Made by a program: the position numbers and the translations under genes. The notes under the pieces are model-generated. The model saw only the letters and a program-made list of their open reading frames with translations, was not told the DNA's origin and did no database searches. Below are positions 27,140-35,944 of a stretch of DNA of 46,939 nucleotides, piece by piece (positions within the stretch are counted from its first letter, which is position 1; every line of letters starts with the position of its first letter). This stretch comes from Hadesarchaea archaeon. Its GTDB lineage: Archaea; Hadarchaeota; Hadarchaeia; Hadarchaeales; Hadarchaeaceae. The stretch is from contig DAOVGS010000046.1 of NCBI GenBank assembly GCA_030672285.1, forward strand, positions 1 through 46,939. The letters run 5' to 3'.

Positions 27140-29524
27140 GTGGAGGTGAGTGACTTGGGGTGGAATAAGGTGAAGAAGTCGCTGGGGGTGCTCCTAGCTG
27201 GGCTGTTGTTAACATTTGCTTTCTCATTTTTCACTCCACTCGCCGATGCCACTTCGTGGTCAACGAGCTACGACAGCCCCGAGGACTACATTCGTTCGCT
27301 TGTGGTCTACGAAAACAAACTCTATGCGGGCAGTGGCGGCGACAACGGTATAATCTATGTTTACGACGGCAGCACTTGGTCTGAGAACTTTGCCAGCCCC
27401 CAATACAACATTTACTGCCTTGCGGAATACGACAACAAACTCTATGCGGGCAGTGGCGGCGACAACGGTATAATCTATGTTTACGATGGCAGCACTTGGT
27501 CCGTCAGTTATGAAAATGAAATCGAAACCGACATTCTCTCGCTCGCGGTCTACGGCGACAACCTATATGCAGGTACTTACCCTAATGGTCGAATCCTTAC
27601 CTACGACGGCAGCACTTGGTCCGAGAGCTACGACAGCCCCGAGACCTACATTTTCTCGCTTGCAGTATATGGTGACAACCTCTATGCGGGTACCTACCTT
27701 AATGCTCTGATCCTTACCTACGATGGTAGCACTTGGTCCACAGGCTACGACCATCCCTTCGAGAAAGGCGTTTACTCGCTCGCGGTCTACAACGACAAAC
27801 TCTACGCGGGCACCTCCCTTAATGGTCTGATCATTACCTACGACGGCAGCACCTGGTCCACGAGCTACGATACTCCCGAAGCCACCATTTACTCGCTCGC
27901 TGTCTATGATAACAAGCTCTATGCGGGCACAGCCCCTCATGGTCTTGTCCTTGCCCACGATGGCAGCACTTGGTCCGAGAGCTACGAAGGCCTCGAGATT
28001 GAGATTCGCTCGCTCGCTGTCTATGGCGACAAGCTCTATGCGGGAACGGGCACCAATGGTCTGATCCTTGAGGGGATCAAGTTTGATTTTTCAATAAGTG
28101 CGTCACCGGACAACGTAACGCTAGCGTGTGGTGATTCAGCCACCTCGGAGATCACGGTGAGTCTCGTCTCAGCTACAGCCGAAACCGTGTCGTTGAGCGG
28201 GGCGTGGGTGGGAACGGAGCCGACGGGGGTCAGCACAAGTTTTAGTCAATCATTGGGTACCCCAACCTTTAGCAGCACCCTGACCTTCACGGCGACCTCC
28301 ACCGCGAGCGCTGGAACCTTTACCTATGGGGTCACGGGCACAGATGGTGGTTTAACGCGGACGGATAATCTTACGGTAACGATAGTGGCACCAACAACAG
28401 CCCCCTCATTGGTGTCACCGGAGGATGGGACGGCAATCGATGTCCTCACCCCAACGTTCAACTGGTCAGATGTCGCGGGGGCCGAGTCCTACACGGTGGA
28501 GGTGGCAACTGATAACAATTTTACAAACATTGTTCGTACCAAAAGTTCGATAAACAATATCGTAACTCTCTCCGAAGATGAAAAGTTGTCGTATGGAACT
28601 CGCTACTACTGGAGGGTTAGGGGAACAAACGCCGCAGGATCTGGAGATTGGTCATCAACTTGGAGCTTCACCGCCAAGCTGGCCGCTCCGAAAGTCACCA
28701 GCTTTCAAATCGCTGCTGGAGCCGCGTACACGAAATCCACTACCGTCGAGCTTACCATCACCGCACAGAACAAGGTCGAGATATCATTCTCGAGCGACGG
28801 GGTGGTTTGGGGTGAATGGGAATCCTTCCAAGCCTCAAAATCTTATGCTCTATCGACTGGCGATGGCTCCAAAAATGTGTATGTCAGGGTGAGGGACAAC
28901 GCCAGTGATGTCAGCCAGACAGTGGTGGGCTCGATAACCCTAGATCAAACCCCTCCGAGCACGGACAAGGATTTATCAGGAGATTTGGGTGCAGAAGGCT
29001 ACAAGGGTTCAGTGGTAGTCACGCTCGCGAGCACGGACGAAACTTCCGGCGTCGAATCAACGAAATACCGGGTCGATGGCGGCGAATGGCGAACGGGTGA
29101 AACTTTTGTGATATCGGAGGAAGGTGAGCACATCGTCGAATACTACTCAACGGATGCAGCGGGGAACACCGAAGAATCTACAACGTTCGAGGTGACGGTG
29201 TACAGCCCAACCGCTATCCCGCCCATCCTCTCCCAATACTGGTGGGCAATCCTATCGATCATCGTGGTGGCCGGGGTCGTTACGATTTTCGCCACCCGGA
29301 AGATCAGGCTCTCAGGCAGGCTCAAGCGGATCACGAGGGAGAAGGCGGAGATCCTGAAGCTGAAGCGAGAGGCGGAGGTGAAGTACTTCCGCGAGGGCTC
29401 CATCTCCCGAGACACTTTCGACGCACTGATCAAGGACTACGAGAGGCGAAAGGCAGAGCTCGAGAAGGAGGAGAGGGTGCTGCAGGCGAAGGTCAAGCGC
29501 AAAGTTAAGGGAGCGGAAAGCTAG
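27140..29524 (+). CDS. Cell-surface protein: signal peptide, 7-repeat beta-propeller, Ig/FN3-like stalk, C-terminal TM and cytoplasmic coiled coil
   Basis: Seven WS..Y....I.SLAVY.DKLYAGT..NG.I..YDGST repeats; FN3-like YYWRVR..N..G.GDWS; D.TPP and YYSTD.AGN.E Ig-like motifs. Confidence 0.85.
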   Translation: MEVSDLGWNKVKKSLGVLLAGLLLTFAFSFFTPLADATSWSTSYDSPEDYIRSLVVYENKLYAGSGGDNGIIYVYDGSTWSENFASPQYNIYCLAEYDNKLYAGSGGDNGIIYVYDGSTWSVSYENEIETDILSLAVYGDNLYAGTYPNGRILTYDGSTWSESYDSPETYIFSLAVYGDNLYAGTYLNALILTYDGSTWSTGYDHPFEKGVYSLAVYNDKLYAGTSLNGLIITYDGSTWSTSYDTPEATIYSLAVYDNKLYAGTAPHGLVLAHDGSTWSESYEGLEIEIRSLAVYGDKLYAGTGTNGLILEGIKFDFSISASPDNVTLACGDSATSEITVSLVSATAETVSLSGAWVGTEPTGVSTSFSQSLGTPTFSSTLTFTATSTASAGTFTYGVTGTDGGLTRTDNLTVTIVAPTTAPSLVSPEDGTAIDVLTPTFNWSDVAGAESYTVEVATDNNFTNIVRTKSSINNIVTLSEDEKLSYGTRYYWRVRGTNAAGSGDWSSTWSFTAKLAAPKVTSFQIAAGAAYTKSTTVELTITAQNKVEISFSSDGVVWGEWESFQASKSYALSTGDGSKNVYVRVRDNASDVSQTVVGSITLDQTPPSTDKDLSGDLGAEGYKGSVVVTLASTDETSGVESTKYRVDGGEWRTGETFVISEEGEHIVEYYSTDAAGNTEESTTFEVTVYSPTAIPPILSQYWWAILSIIVVAGVVTIFATRKIRLSGRLKRITREKAEILKLKREAEVKYFREGSISRDTFDALIKDYERRKAELEKEERVLQAKVKRKVKGAES
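27257..28080 (+). repeat. Seven intragenic tandem repeats of ~117-120 bp
   Basis: 27314..27381 and 27434..27501 differ at one position; GGCAGCACTTGGTC recurs at most repeat boundaries. Confidence 0.9.
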
Positions 29525-29550
29525 AAGAGGAGTAATTGATTAATTTTCCG

Positions 29551-31353
29551 CTACATCACCCCATACGTGGGATCCTCACGCTGTTTGATCGCAATTATCT
29601 CGTCCAACACCGCTAGCTCGTCCCCTGAGAGCAGGTCCCGCAAGTCCCGCTTCAGGGCGAGCACATGGTCCCTGGGCACATCGACATATAGAGTATCGCC
29701 TTCCTGAAGGTTGCGCCCGACCACCCCGCCCTCAATCGAAACGGCGAGCTCGTCCCCCAGCTTCGCCTCCTGCACGGATTTTTTCTCCTTTTGTAACTCG
29801 CGAATCGTCCCCGCCGAGCGCCCGTCCCTGCGCATGAGCGGGTACTTGGGCCTCAGCACCCCTCCCAGCACGTCGACCCCCACGATTGCCGGGCGGCTGC
29901 GCCTGAACACGAAGCCAAGCTTGAGCGCGAACTTCCCGGGCCTGATGTAAACCTCGAGCCTCTTCGCCCGGATCTCCCCACGTCGCTTTTTCGCCCAGTC
30001 CTCGTAGCCCTCCAGGAGCCTGTAGATGACCTCATCGTGCAGCACGGACACCCCCTCGCACTCCGCCTCGGTCTGCGCGTCGGGCAAGACCTTCACGTTG
30101 AATGCCAGCACCACTCCGAGCAGGGGGTCGCTCTTCGCTACGCCCACAGCTTCAACCACATCACGCCTCGAAACGTCACCGATATCCGCGCGGCGAATCG
30201 GCACCCCCTTGGCTTGGAGCTGCCCCTCGAGCGCCTCAAGCGAACCCAAAGCATCCGCCCTGAGCACGACTCCATTGATATCCTTGCTTATCCGAATGCG
30301 CTCCATCTCTTGCTGGAGCTCCTGCCATAACTTCCCAGCCTCCGACGCATCCTTGATCGCCCACAGCGGGGCCCCAGCGATGACTCCCTCGAGATCGGGC
30401 GCTGCGACTTTAACCCCGGCCGCCGCGGACACGCTCTCGACGGCCTTGAACTTGTCTTCGGGGTCGCGAATCTCGTCGAGTGGTTTTGGCTGGAGTAGGG
30501 CCCGGACCTTGGAGGTGATTACTTTATCGAGCCCTCCGACGGCAAAGGTGTTCCCCCTTGCGAGCGTACCATCATACACGATGACATCGATGACCTTCCC
30601 CAGCCCGACCTCCTCCTTCACCTCGAGCACAGTCCCCCGCGCCGGGCCCGTCACCTCGACCATCAACTCGCGCTCGAGAAACCGCTGCGCCAACCCGGTG
30701 AGCACCGTGAGGACCTCGGGCACCCCTTCGCCCGTCTTGGCGCTCGCGGGCACGATGCTCACCTGCCTGCGGAAATCGCTCACCCGGTCGAAGCGCTCGC
30801 CCTCGAAGCCAAGCTCGTGGAGTTTGCCGACCAGCTCGTAGATTTTGTCGTCGAGCGCGCGCTGCACCTCGATGCGCTGGCGGGCGAAGGAGTCAAGAAA
30901 GCATGCCTTGGGCGACGGCTGCCACCCTGGTAGGAGGTCGATTTTGTTGGCGACGAGCATGAAGGGGGTTTTGTAAGATTTCAAAATCGTCAGCGACTCG
31001 AGCGTCTGAGGCATGAAGCCCTCGTTGATATCGACGACGAGGGCGGCTAGGTCGGCTAGGGCTCCCCCGCGGCGGCGCAGGTTGGTGAATGCCTCGTGGC
31101 CAGGGGTGTCGATGAAAAGCAGGCCAGGGAGCATCACTTTTATTTTAAACTTTTCGAGCAGATCACCGCAAATTTGCTTGATGGTGTCCGCCGGTACCTC
31201 GCTTGCACCTACGTGTTGGGTTATTGCACCCGCTTCGCGTGCGGCAACGGCGGTCCCCCTGATGCTATCCAATAGAAGCGTCTTGCCGTGGTCGACGTGG
31301 CCCAGCACCGAGATTATCGGCTGGCGTACCCTTCGCTCCCGCATTTCTGACAC
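29551..31353 (-). CDS. infB: Translation initiation factor aIF5B (IF-2)
   Basis: [44 protein letters not shown]; exact start (31356, 31353 or 31344) uncertain. Confidence 0.98.
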   Translation of the reverse strand: MSEMRERRVRQPIISVLGHVDHGKTLLLDSIRGTAVAAREAGAITQHVGASEVPADTIKQICGDLLEKFKIKVMLPGLLFIDTPGHEAFTNLRRRGGALADLAALVVDINEGFMPQTLESLTILKSYKTPFMLVANKIDLLPGWQPSPKACFLDSFARQRIEVQRALDDKIYELVGKLHELGFEGERFDRVSDFRRQVSIVPASAKTGEGVPEVLTVLTGLAQRFLERELMVEVTGPARGTVLEVKEEVGLGKVIDVIVYDGTLARGNTFAVGGLDKVITSKVRALLQPKPLDEIRDPEDKFKAVESVSAAAGVKVAAPDLEGVIAGAPLWAIKDASEAGKLWQELQQEMERIRISKDINGVVLRADALGSLEALEGQLQAKGVPIRRADIGDVSRRDVVEAVGVAKSDPLLGVVLAFNVKVLPDAQTEAECEGVSVLHDEVIYRLLEGYEDWAKKRRGEIRAKRLEVYIRPGKFALKLGFVFRRSRPAIVGVDVLGGVLRPKYPLMRRDGRSAGTIRELQKEKKSVQEAKLGDELAVSIEGGVVGRNLQEGDTLYVDVPRDHVLALKRDLRDLLSGDELAVLDEIIAIKQREDPTYGVM

Positions 31354-31451
31354 CAAGTTAATGGTGAGCGCCTTAATTTAAGTGGGCATCGCAGCTAGCC
31401 GCGTCCAACGCTGGACATTCGTCTCGTCATTTTTACTTAGCGCCCAGTTAG

Positions 31452-31467
31452 TGGCGAACGTTCGACA
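31452..31467. promoter_or_regulatory. Palindrome TGGCGAACGTTCGACA (15/16 match to the 9467 site)
   Basis: Intergenic, about 100 bp upstream of infB. Confidence 0.45.
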
Positions 31468-31512
31468 TTGAAAATCGTGTTGATGAATACACGATCTTCC
31501 CAAAACTAACAA

Positions 31513-31911
31513 CTAGAAAAATAGGGATAGCTCCTGTCTAGTACTTTCCGCGGAATCCGCAGCGTGAATGATATTCTCCGTAATGCTAGACCCGAAATCA
31601 CCTCGAATCGTCCCCTTCGCGGCCTTGGCCGGGTCGGTGGCGCCCGAGAGCTCACGCATCCGCGCTATCGCTCGCTCTCCCTCGACCAGCATCACGACCA
31701 CCTCGCCCGATAACACGTGCTCGACCAAACGCTCGAAAAAATCATTTCCCCGATGCACCGAGTAAAGCTCCTCAGCAAGCCCGCGATCGAGCTTCATCCG
31801 ACGCATCGAAACTATTTTCAAGCCAGCCCGCTCGACCCGCGCGACAATCTCATCGGTCAGCCCCTTCGCCACCCCATCCGGCTTCACCATGACGAAGGTT
31901 CGCTCCCTCAA
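31513..31911 (-). CDS. ndk: Nucleoside diphosphate kinase
   Basis: ERTFVMVKPDG, GATDP..A..GTIRGDFG, NIIHAADS; TTG 31911 overlaps the rpl24e stop. Confidence 0.96.
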   Translation of the reverse strand: MRERTFVMVKPDGVAKGLTDEIVARVERAGLKIVSMRRMKLDRGLAEELYSVHRGNDFFERLVEHVLSGEVVVMLVEGERAIARMRELSGATDPAKAAKGTIRGDFGSSITENIIHAADSAESTRQELSLFF

Positions 31912-32099
31912 GCCTTTCCCCTCGCCTTTCGGGAGCGCTCGGTCCACTCCACGCGGTGCGGCTTCCGCCCCATCTCTAGGTTACGCTCGCACTTGCTCGA
32001 ACAGAGGAACAAGACAGACCCATCTCGCCGGACAAACATCAAGCCTGTGCCGGGCTCTACCCGCCCGCCGCAGAAGGAGCACTTTCTCGCGACTGGCAT
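31908..32099 (-). CDS. rpl24e: 50S ribosomal protein L24e
   Basis: CSFCG..VEPGTG.MFV..DG..LFLCSSKC....R.P...EWT. Confidence 0.97.
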   Translation of the reverse strand: MPVARKCSFCGGRVEPGTGLMFVRRDGSVLFLCSSKCERNLEMGRKPHRVEWTERSRKARGKA

Positions 32100-32100
32100 C

Positions 32101-32319
32101 TTATGGCACCCTGATCTCCCTCGCCTCTCGCCCCGTCTCGCGGAGCATCAGGATATCACCCACGCGCACAGGGCCCTTGACGTTGCGGGTTATGATGCGC
32201 CCCTTGTCCTGCCCCTCGAGGACCCGGCACTTGACCTGTGAGATTTCCCCGGTTATGCCCGTGCGCGTCCGGATATCAATTACCTCGGCTGGAAAGCCGA
32301 GATCCTCCCTGACCGGCAT
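32101..32319 (-). CDS. rps28e: 30S ribosomal protein S28e
   Basis: PAEVI...[40 protein letters not shown]. Confidence 0.97.
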   Translation of the reverse strand: MPVREDLGFPAEVIDIRTRTGITGEISQVKCRVLEGQDKGRIITRNVKGPVRVGDILMLRETGREAREIRVP

Positions 32320-32324
32320 TGAGC

Positions 32325-32696
32325 TCACTTCTTAAGCTCTTTGATGCGCTCGACGACCTCATTTACGGCTGCCGTCGCTCCTCCGGCCTCGGCTATCGTG
32401 ATCGCCGCTGCCCCGACGTCTATGCCCGCTGCCGCCCCGAGCTCGCGCTTGCTGGGAACATAAATGTATGGAATGCCCTTTTCGTCGCAAAGCGGGGGCA
32501 GGTGGGCGACGACCTCAGGCGGCTCGACGTCCTCGGCTATGACCACCAGCACGGCCTGCTTCCGCTCGACCACTTTCGTCGTCTCGTTCGTGCCCTTCCG
32601 AAGCTTTCCCGTATCGCGCGCGCCCTCGACTGCCTCGTAGGCCTTGTCCGCAAGCTCCTTGGGCACCTCAAACCGTACGTAAATTGGCTTTGCCAC
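32325..32696 (-). CDS. rpl7ae: 50S ribosomal protein L7Ae
   Basis: [46 protein letters not shown]. Confidence 0.98.
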   Translation of the reverse strand: MAKPIYVRFEVPKELADKAYEAVEGARDTGKLRKGTNETTKVVERKQAVLVVIAEDVEPPEVVAHLPPLCDEKGIPYIYVPSKRELGAAAGIDVGAAAITIAEAGGATAAVNEVVERIKELKK

Positions 32697-32743
32697 TCAA
32701 TACCTCCTTCAGGTTTTAACCTCCATCATTCATGGGTAGTGGC
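32692..32743 (-). promoter_or_regulatory. Putative kink-turn in the rpl7ae 5' UTR (autoregulation)
   Basis: The mRNA has box C-like AUGAUG (32729-32724) and box D CUGA (32712-32709) next to the SD; GCCAC can pair with GUGGC over the start codon. Confidence 0.55.
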
Positions 32744-32776
32744 TCGTATCCCTTTAAAAACGTGTGTTATTTTAAC

Positions 32777-34468
32777 TTATCTATGCCCGTAAACCACGAT
32801 GAGCTTCGGCCTTGCTACATCGACCCGAACGAATCCATAGCGCTCGAATTGTACAATGGTGTCGACTTTAAGCCCCGCCACCGCCGGCTCGGCAATCCCC
32901 AGCTCGCGGGAGTTGTCCGGCCTTATCACTTCGACCTCCACCGCCCCGGCTGAGACCCACTGGATTTTTTGAACATCCGCGAGCTCAAGCCCCTGAAACT
33001 CGACCTCGACCACCCTTCCCTTCGAACTAAGGGACACATTCATCAAGTCCTTGAGGCGGAAGGTTTGTCCCTCCTGCAGGGCTGCGACATCCTCACTTGC
33101 AAGATAGAACACGAGTGCATCGTCCTCGCTCGCGAGCGGCAAAATCCGTTCCCCGTGCTCGGGGTGGCCCGGGTGCAAGCGAAGCCGGACCTGCTTTAGG
33201 TCGGGTGCCTTGTGCACGAGCGTCTTTACGGGATTCGGGACGAAAAAATAGCGGTTCGCTCGCTCATCGGCGAACTTTCGGTTGTAGGCGTAGAGAGTCT
33301 CCCAGCTTAGCGAGGCATCGACGAGCGTTGGGCCGATATCTAAGATAAGCTGCTTGATCGCCTCGGGCACGAAGCCCCGGCGCCTGAGCGCTGCGATCGT
33401 GCCCAGCCTCACGTCGTCGTGCCCCGTGAGCTCCCCGCTCTGGATGCTTCGCATGGTCTGGGTCTTGCTCAGCGCAACCCCTGCCATGCTCAGGCGCCCG
33501 TACTGAACCGCCGTGGGGTACTCCCAACCTAAATGCTCGAAGAGCGTGCGCTGGCGCTGCTCGTTGACCTCGTGCTCCTTTCCGCGGATGACGTGAGTGA
33601 TCTCCATCTCGTGGTCATCGATGGTTACCGAGAAGTTGTAGAGGGGCCAGACCGAGTAGCGCTCCCCAACGCGCGGGTGGGGCTTGGTCGTCACCCGAAG
33701 CGCGGGCCAATCGCGCACCGCGGGGTTTGGGTGACTCAGATCGGTCTTGATGCGCACGACTGCCTCTCCCTTGGCGACCCCACCTGCTAACATCAGCCTC
33801 CATCGCTGAAGTTGCTCCCCGCTCGAAAGCTCGCGGCATGGGCAGGGCTTCCCCCGGTCGCGCAGCCTCCTGAAGTCCTTGATCGGGCAAGTGCACACGT
33901 ACGCCTTGCCCTCGCGCAGGAGCTGCTCCGCATAATTGTAGTAGAGTTCGAGTCGGTCGGACTGCGCGTACTCCTCGTCCCAGCTCATGTCAAGCCATCG
34001 GAGGTCCCGGCGGATGAGCTCGTACATCTCGAGGAGCGCGTTCTCAGGGTTCGTGTCCTCGAAGCGCAGGATGAACTTGCCCTTATAGCGGCGGGCGTAC
34101 TCGTGGCTTAGGAGGGCCGCTCGAACGTGGCCTATGTGGAGCGGGCCATTGGGGTTCGGGGCGAAGCGGGTGATGACCATCGGATATTTTTCGACATCGG
34201 AGAGCTCGGGCAAACCGCGCCGCTCCTCGGGCTTCGGTCGCTCCACGGGGCCCACCTTGCGAAGGCTGAAGAGCTGCTCCTCGCGGGGGAGCTCGTTGAC
34301 CTCAGCCACGACCTGCTCGACGAGGGCGGAGAGCTCCTTGACCTTGGAACGCCACCCCGGCAGCTCCGCCACCAGCTTCCCAAGCACGGCTTTCGTGCTC
34401 GCTCGCCCCTCGTGCTCGAGAGCGTTCGTGAGGGCCCATCGGAGCGCTTCCCTGCGGACATCCTCCAC
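32777..34468 (-). CDS. gltX: Glutamyl-tRNA synthetase (archaeal type)
   Basis: RFAPNPNGPLHIGH, RFEDTNP, YVCTC..CPCR, THVIRGKEH, LSKT, QFERYGF; GTG 34468 is the likely start. Confidence 0.97.
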   Translation of the reverse strand: MEDVRREALRWALTNALEHEGRASTKAVLGKLVAELPGWRSKVKELSALVEQVVAEVNELPREEQLFSLRKVGPVERPKPEERRGLPELSDVEKYPMVITRFAPNPNGPLHIGHVRAALLSHEYARRYKGKFILRFEDTNPENALLEMYELIRRDLRWLDMSWDEEYAQSDRLELYYNYAEQLLREGKAYVCTCPIKDFRRLRDRGKPCPCRELSSGEQLQRWRLMLAGGVAKGEAVVRIKTDLSHPNPAVRDWPALRVTTKPHPRVGERYSVWPLYNFSVTIDDHEMEITHVIRGKEHEVNEQRQRTLFEHLGWEYPTAVQYGRLSMAGVALSKTQTMRSIQSGELTGHDDVRLGTIAALRRRGFVPEAIKQLILDIGPTLVDASLSWETLYAYNRKFADERANRYFFVPNPVKTLVHKAPDLKQVRLRLHPGHPEHGERILPLASEDDALVFYLASEDVAALQEGQTFRLKDLMNVSLSSKGRVVEVEFQGLELADVQKIQWVSAGAVEVEVIRPDNSRELGIAEPAVAGLKVDTIVQFERYGFVRVDVARPKLIVVYGHR

Positions 34469-34529
34469 CCGATCACTCGACAGACATTCTATTGGCACTG
34501 CAAATAAAGCTGAAGTGCTGGTTCCGAAA

Positions 34530-34611
34530 AATCGATTAATCGTCATTTCTCGGCAATTTTTATCTATTTTTTTAGACTTTTTAATCGATTAATCATTATT
34601 TTTCGGCAATT
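34530..34611. repeat. 29-bp degenerate direct repeat with palindromic GATTAATC core
   Basis: AATCGATTAATCGTCATTTCTCGGCAATT (34530) versus AATCGATTAATCATTATTTTTCGGCAATT (34583), 26/29. Confidence 0.75.
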
Positions 34612-34712
34612 AAATCGAAAGGGTTCTAAAGACCTTCAGGCCCCTAACCTTATTTAACTCCATGACAAGAACAACAATATTTTTAATCTAGGTAAAAAGT
34701 TAATATTAAAAG

Positions 34713-34997
34713 GTGACTAAAATGGAACCTAAAAAGCGTTTTTCAACCGAAGAAGCTAAGAAAATTGGTGAAGCATTAGGGATTGATTGGAAAAATTTTG
34801 ATGTAGAACAGTTTAGAATGGGACTGGATGTAGAATTAGAACATGGATTGAGAGATCCCAAAACTAATGTCACGAATGATGATCCAATAATGACTGGAAA
34901 GATTGCTCTTGCCCACCTAAATGAATTTCCAGATTACTACACCAGACTTGAAAAAATGGAGGAAGAGGCAGAAGGATATTGGGAAAAGAAAAGCTGA
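34713..34997 (+). CDS. Small conserved protein, DUF5661-like
   Basis: VELEHG...TNVTNDDP..TGKIALAHLNEFPDYYTRL..ME (family recalled, not searched); very AT-rich. Confidence 0.75.
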   Translation: MTKMEPKKRFSTEEAKKIGEALGIDWKNFDVEQFRMGLDVELEHGLRDPKTNVTNDDPIMTGKIALAHLNEFPDYYTRLEKMEEEAEGYWEKKS

Positions 34998-35213
34998 AGA
35001 ATTCCTTTTACCGTTAAGGGTAAGCATCTGACCTTCAAAGATCAGCAAAAACAAATCTCCCCTGAAAACAAACTCCATGCCGAAAGAAAGTAAATAATGA
35101 GGATTTTTGGCAGAAGGGGTTACAATAAACGATATCTGGGTCTCGAACTTGGGGAAACGTCAAAAAAAAGTCAAAGTTTCATCGATTTATTTAGGAATTT
35201 TTCGGACTTTTTC

Positions 35214-35762
35214 TCACTTTTCGGACTTTCGGGCGAGGATTTTGTTTATCTTTTGTGCCGCTTTCTTTACATCTTTCATGCGTTTCACCCCGGCGCAGAC
35301 ACCCTTGCCCGATACGAATAGCAACAACACCGCCTTGGGATCGTCGAGTCTGAACACAAGGCCCGGAAAAATCTCCGGATTATACTCGGTGTTCTCGAAT
35401 CTGCGAGCTATATCCTCGAGATCAAACTTCCCGCCGAAGTCAACGGATGCCACGATATTCTGAACCTTGGCCTTTGGCTCCGTTTTCACCTTTATGCGTG
35501 CTTTCCTGAGCTTTCTCGTAAGATTCCTTATCGCCTGCTTAGCGTCGCTCATGCTCCTCGCGCCGACGCAGTTCATCTTTCCCGATGCGAAGATGAGAAA
35601 AGATGCTCGAGGGTGTTCGGATTTATAGGTAATGCCAGGAAAAACCTCCGGGTCATAGACTGCGCCATCTAGCGACCTGGCCAGCTTCTCGAGGTTAAAC
35701 TCTGTGTCCTCGTATGTGACCGAGAGCACGATATTTTGAATTTTAGTTTTTACTTCCATCAT
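35214..35762 (-). CDS. tbp: TATA-box binding protein (divergent)
   Basis: Two repeats: QNIV.S...Y.PE.FPG...LIF.SGK..C.G. Confidence 0.93.
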   Translation of the reverse strand: MMEVKTKIQNIVLSVTYEDTEFNLEKLARSLDGAVYDPEVFPGITYKSEHPRASFLIFASGKMNCVGARSMSDAKQAIRNLTRKLRKARIKVKTEPKAKVQNIVASVDFGGKFDLEDIARRFENTEYNPEIFPGLVFRLDDPKAVLLLFVSGKGVCAGVKRMKDVKKAAQKINKILARKSEK

Positions 35763-35944
35763 TTCCTACTCTAATAATTAGTTGGTATGTTGTACTTGCC
35801 CATTTCGGTTACACTACCTCCTAGGCGGCGCGCAAAGGATAAAGTGTTAGAGGATTTAAGAAATACGTAAACACTCTAAGATAAGAACGGTGCTTAGAGG
35901 GGAACCGGCGAAACTAGCGCAATATTTGAGAGGGGAGAAAAAAA

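Noticed and set aside
27257..28080. Propeller repeats as a CRISPR array or a DGR template/variable pair
   Set aside because: The repeats are in-frame coding units with no unique spacers; differences are not adenine-specific and no reverse transcriptase is present
29551..31353. Intein in aIF5B (a known intein host)
   Set aside because: Length is about 600 aa and the GTPase motifs are contiguous
31474..31495. Hairpin ATCGTGT-TGATGAAT-ACACGAT with a box C-like loop
   Set aside because: The motif is on the strand opposite the operon transcript and no partner box D guide structure is evident; it may be only a terminator-associated hairpin
35770..35825. Short uORF MGKYNIPTNY with an upstream GGAGGT before tbp
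   Set aside because: Ten codons with long SD spacing; cannot be distinguished from chance
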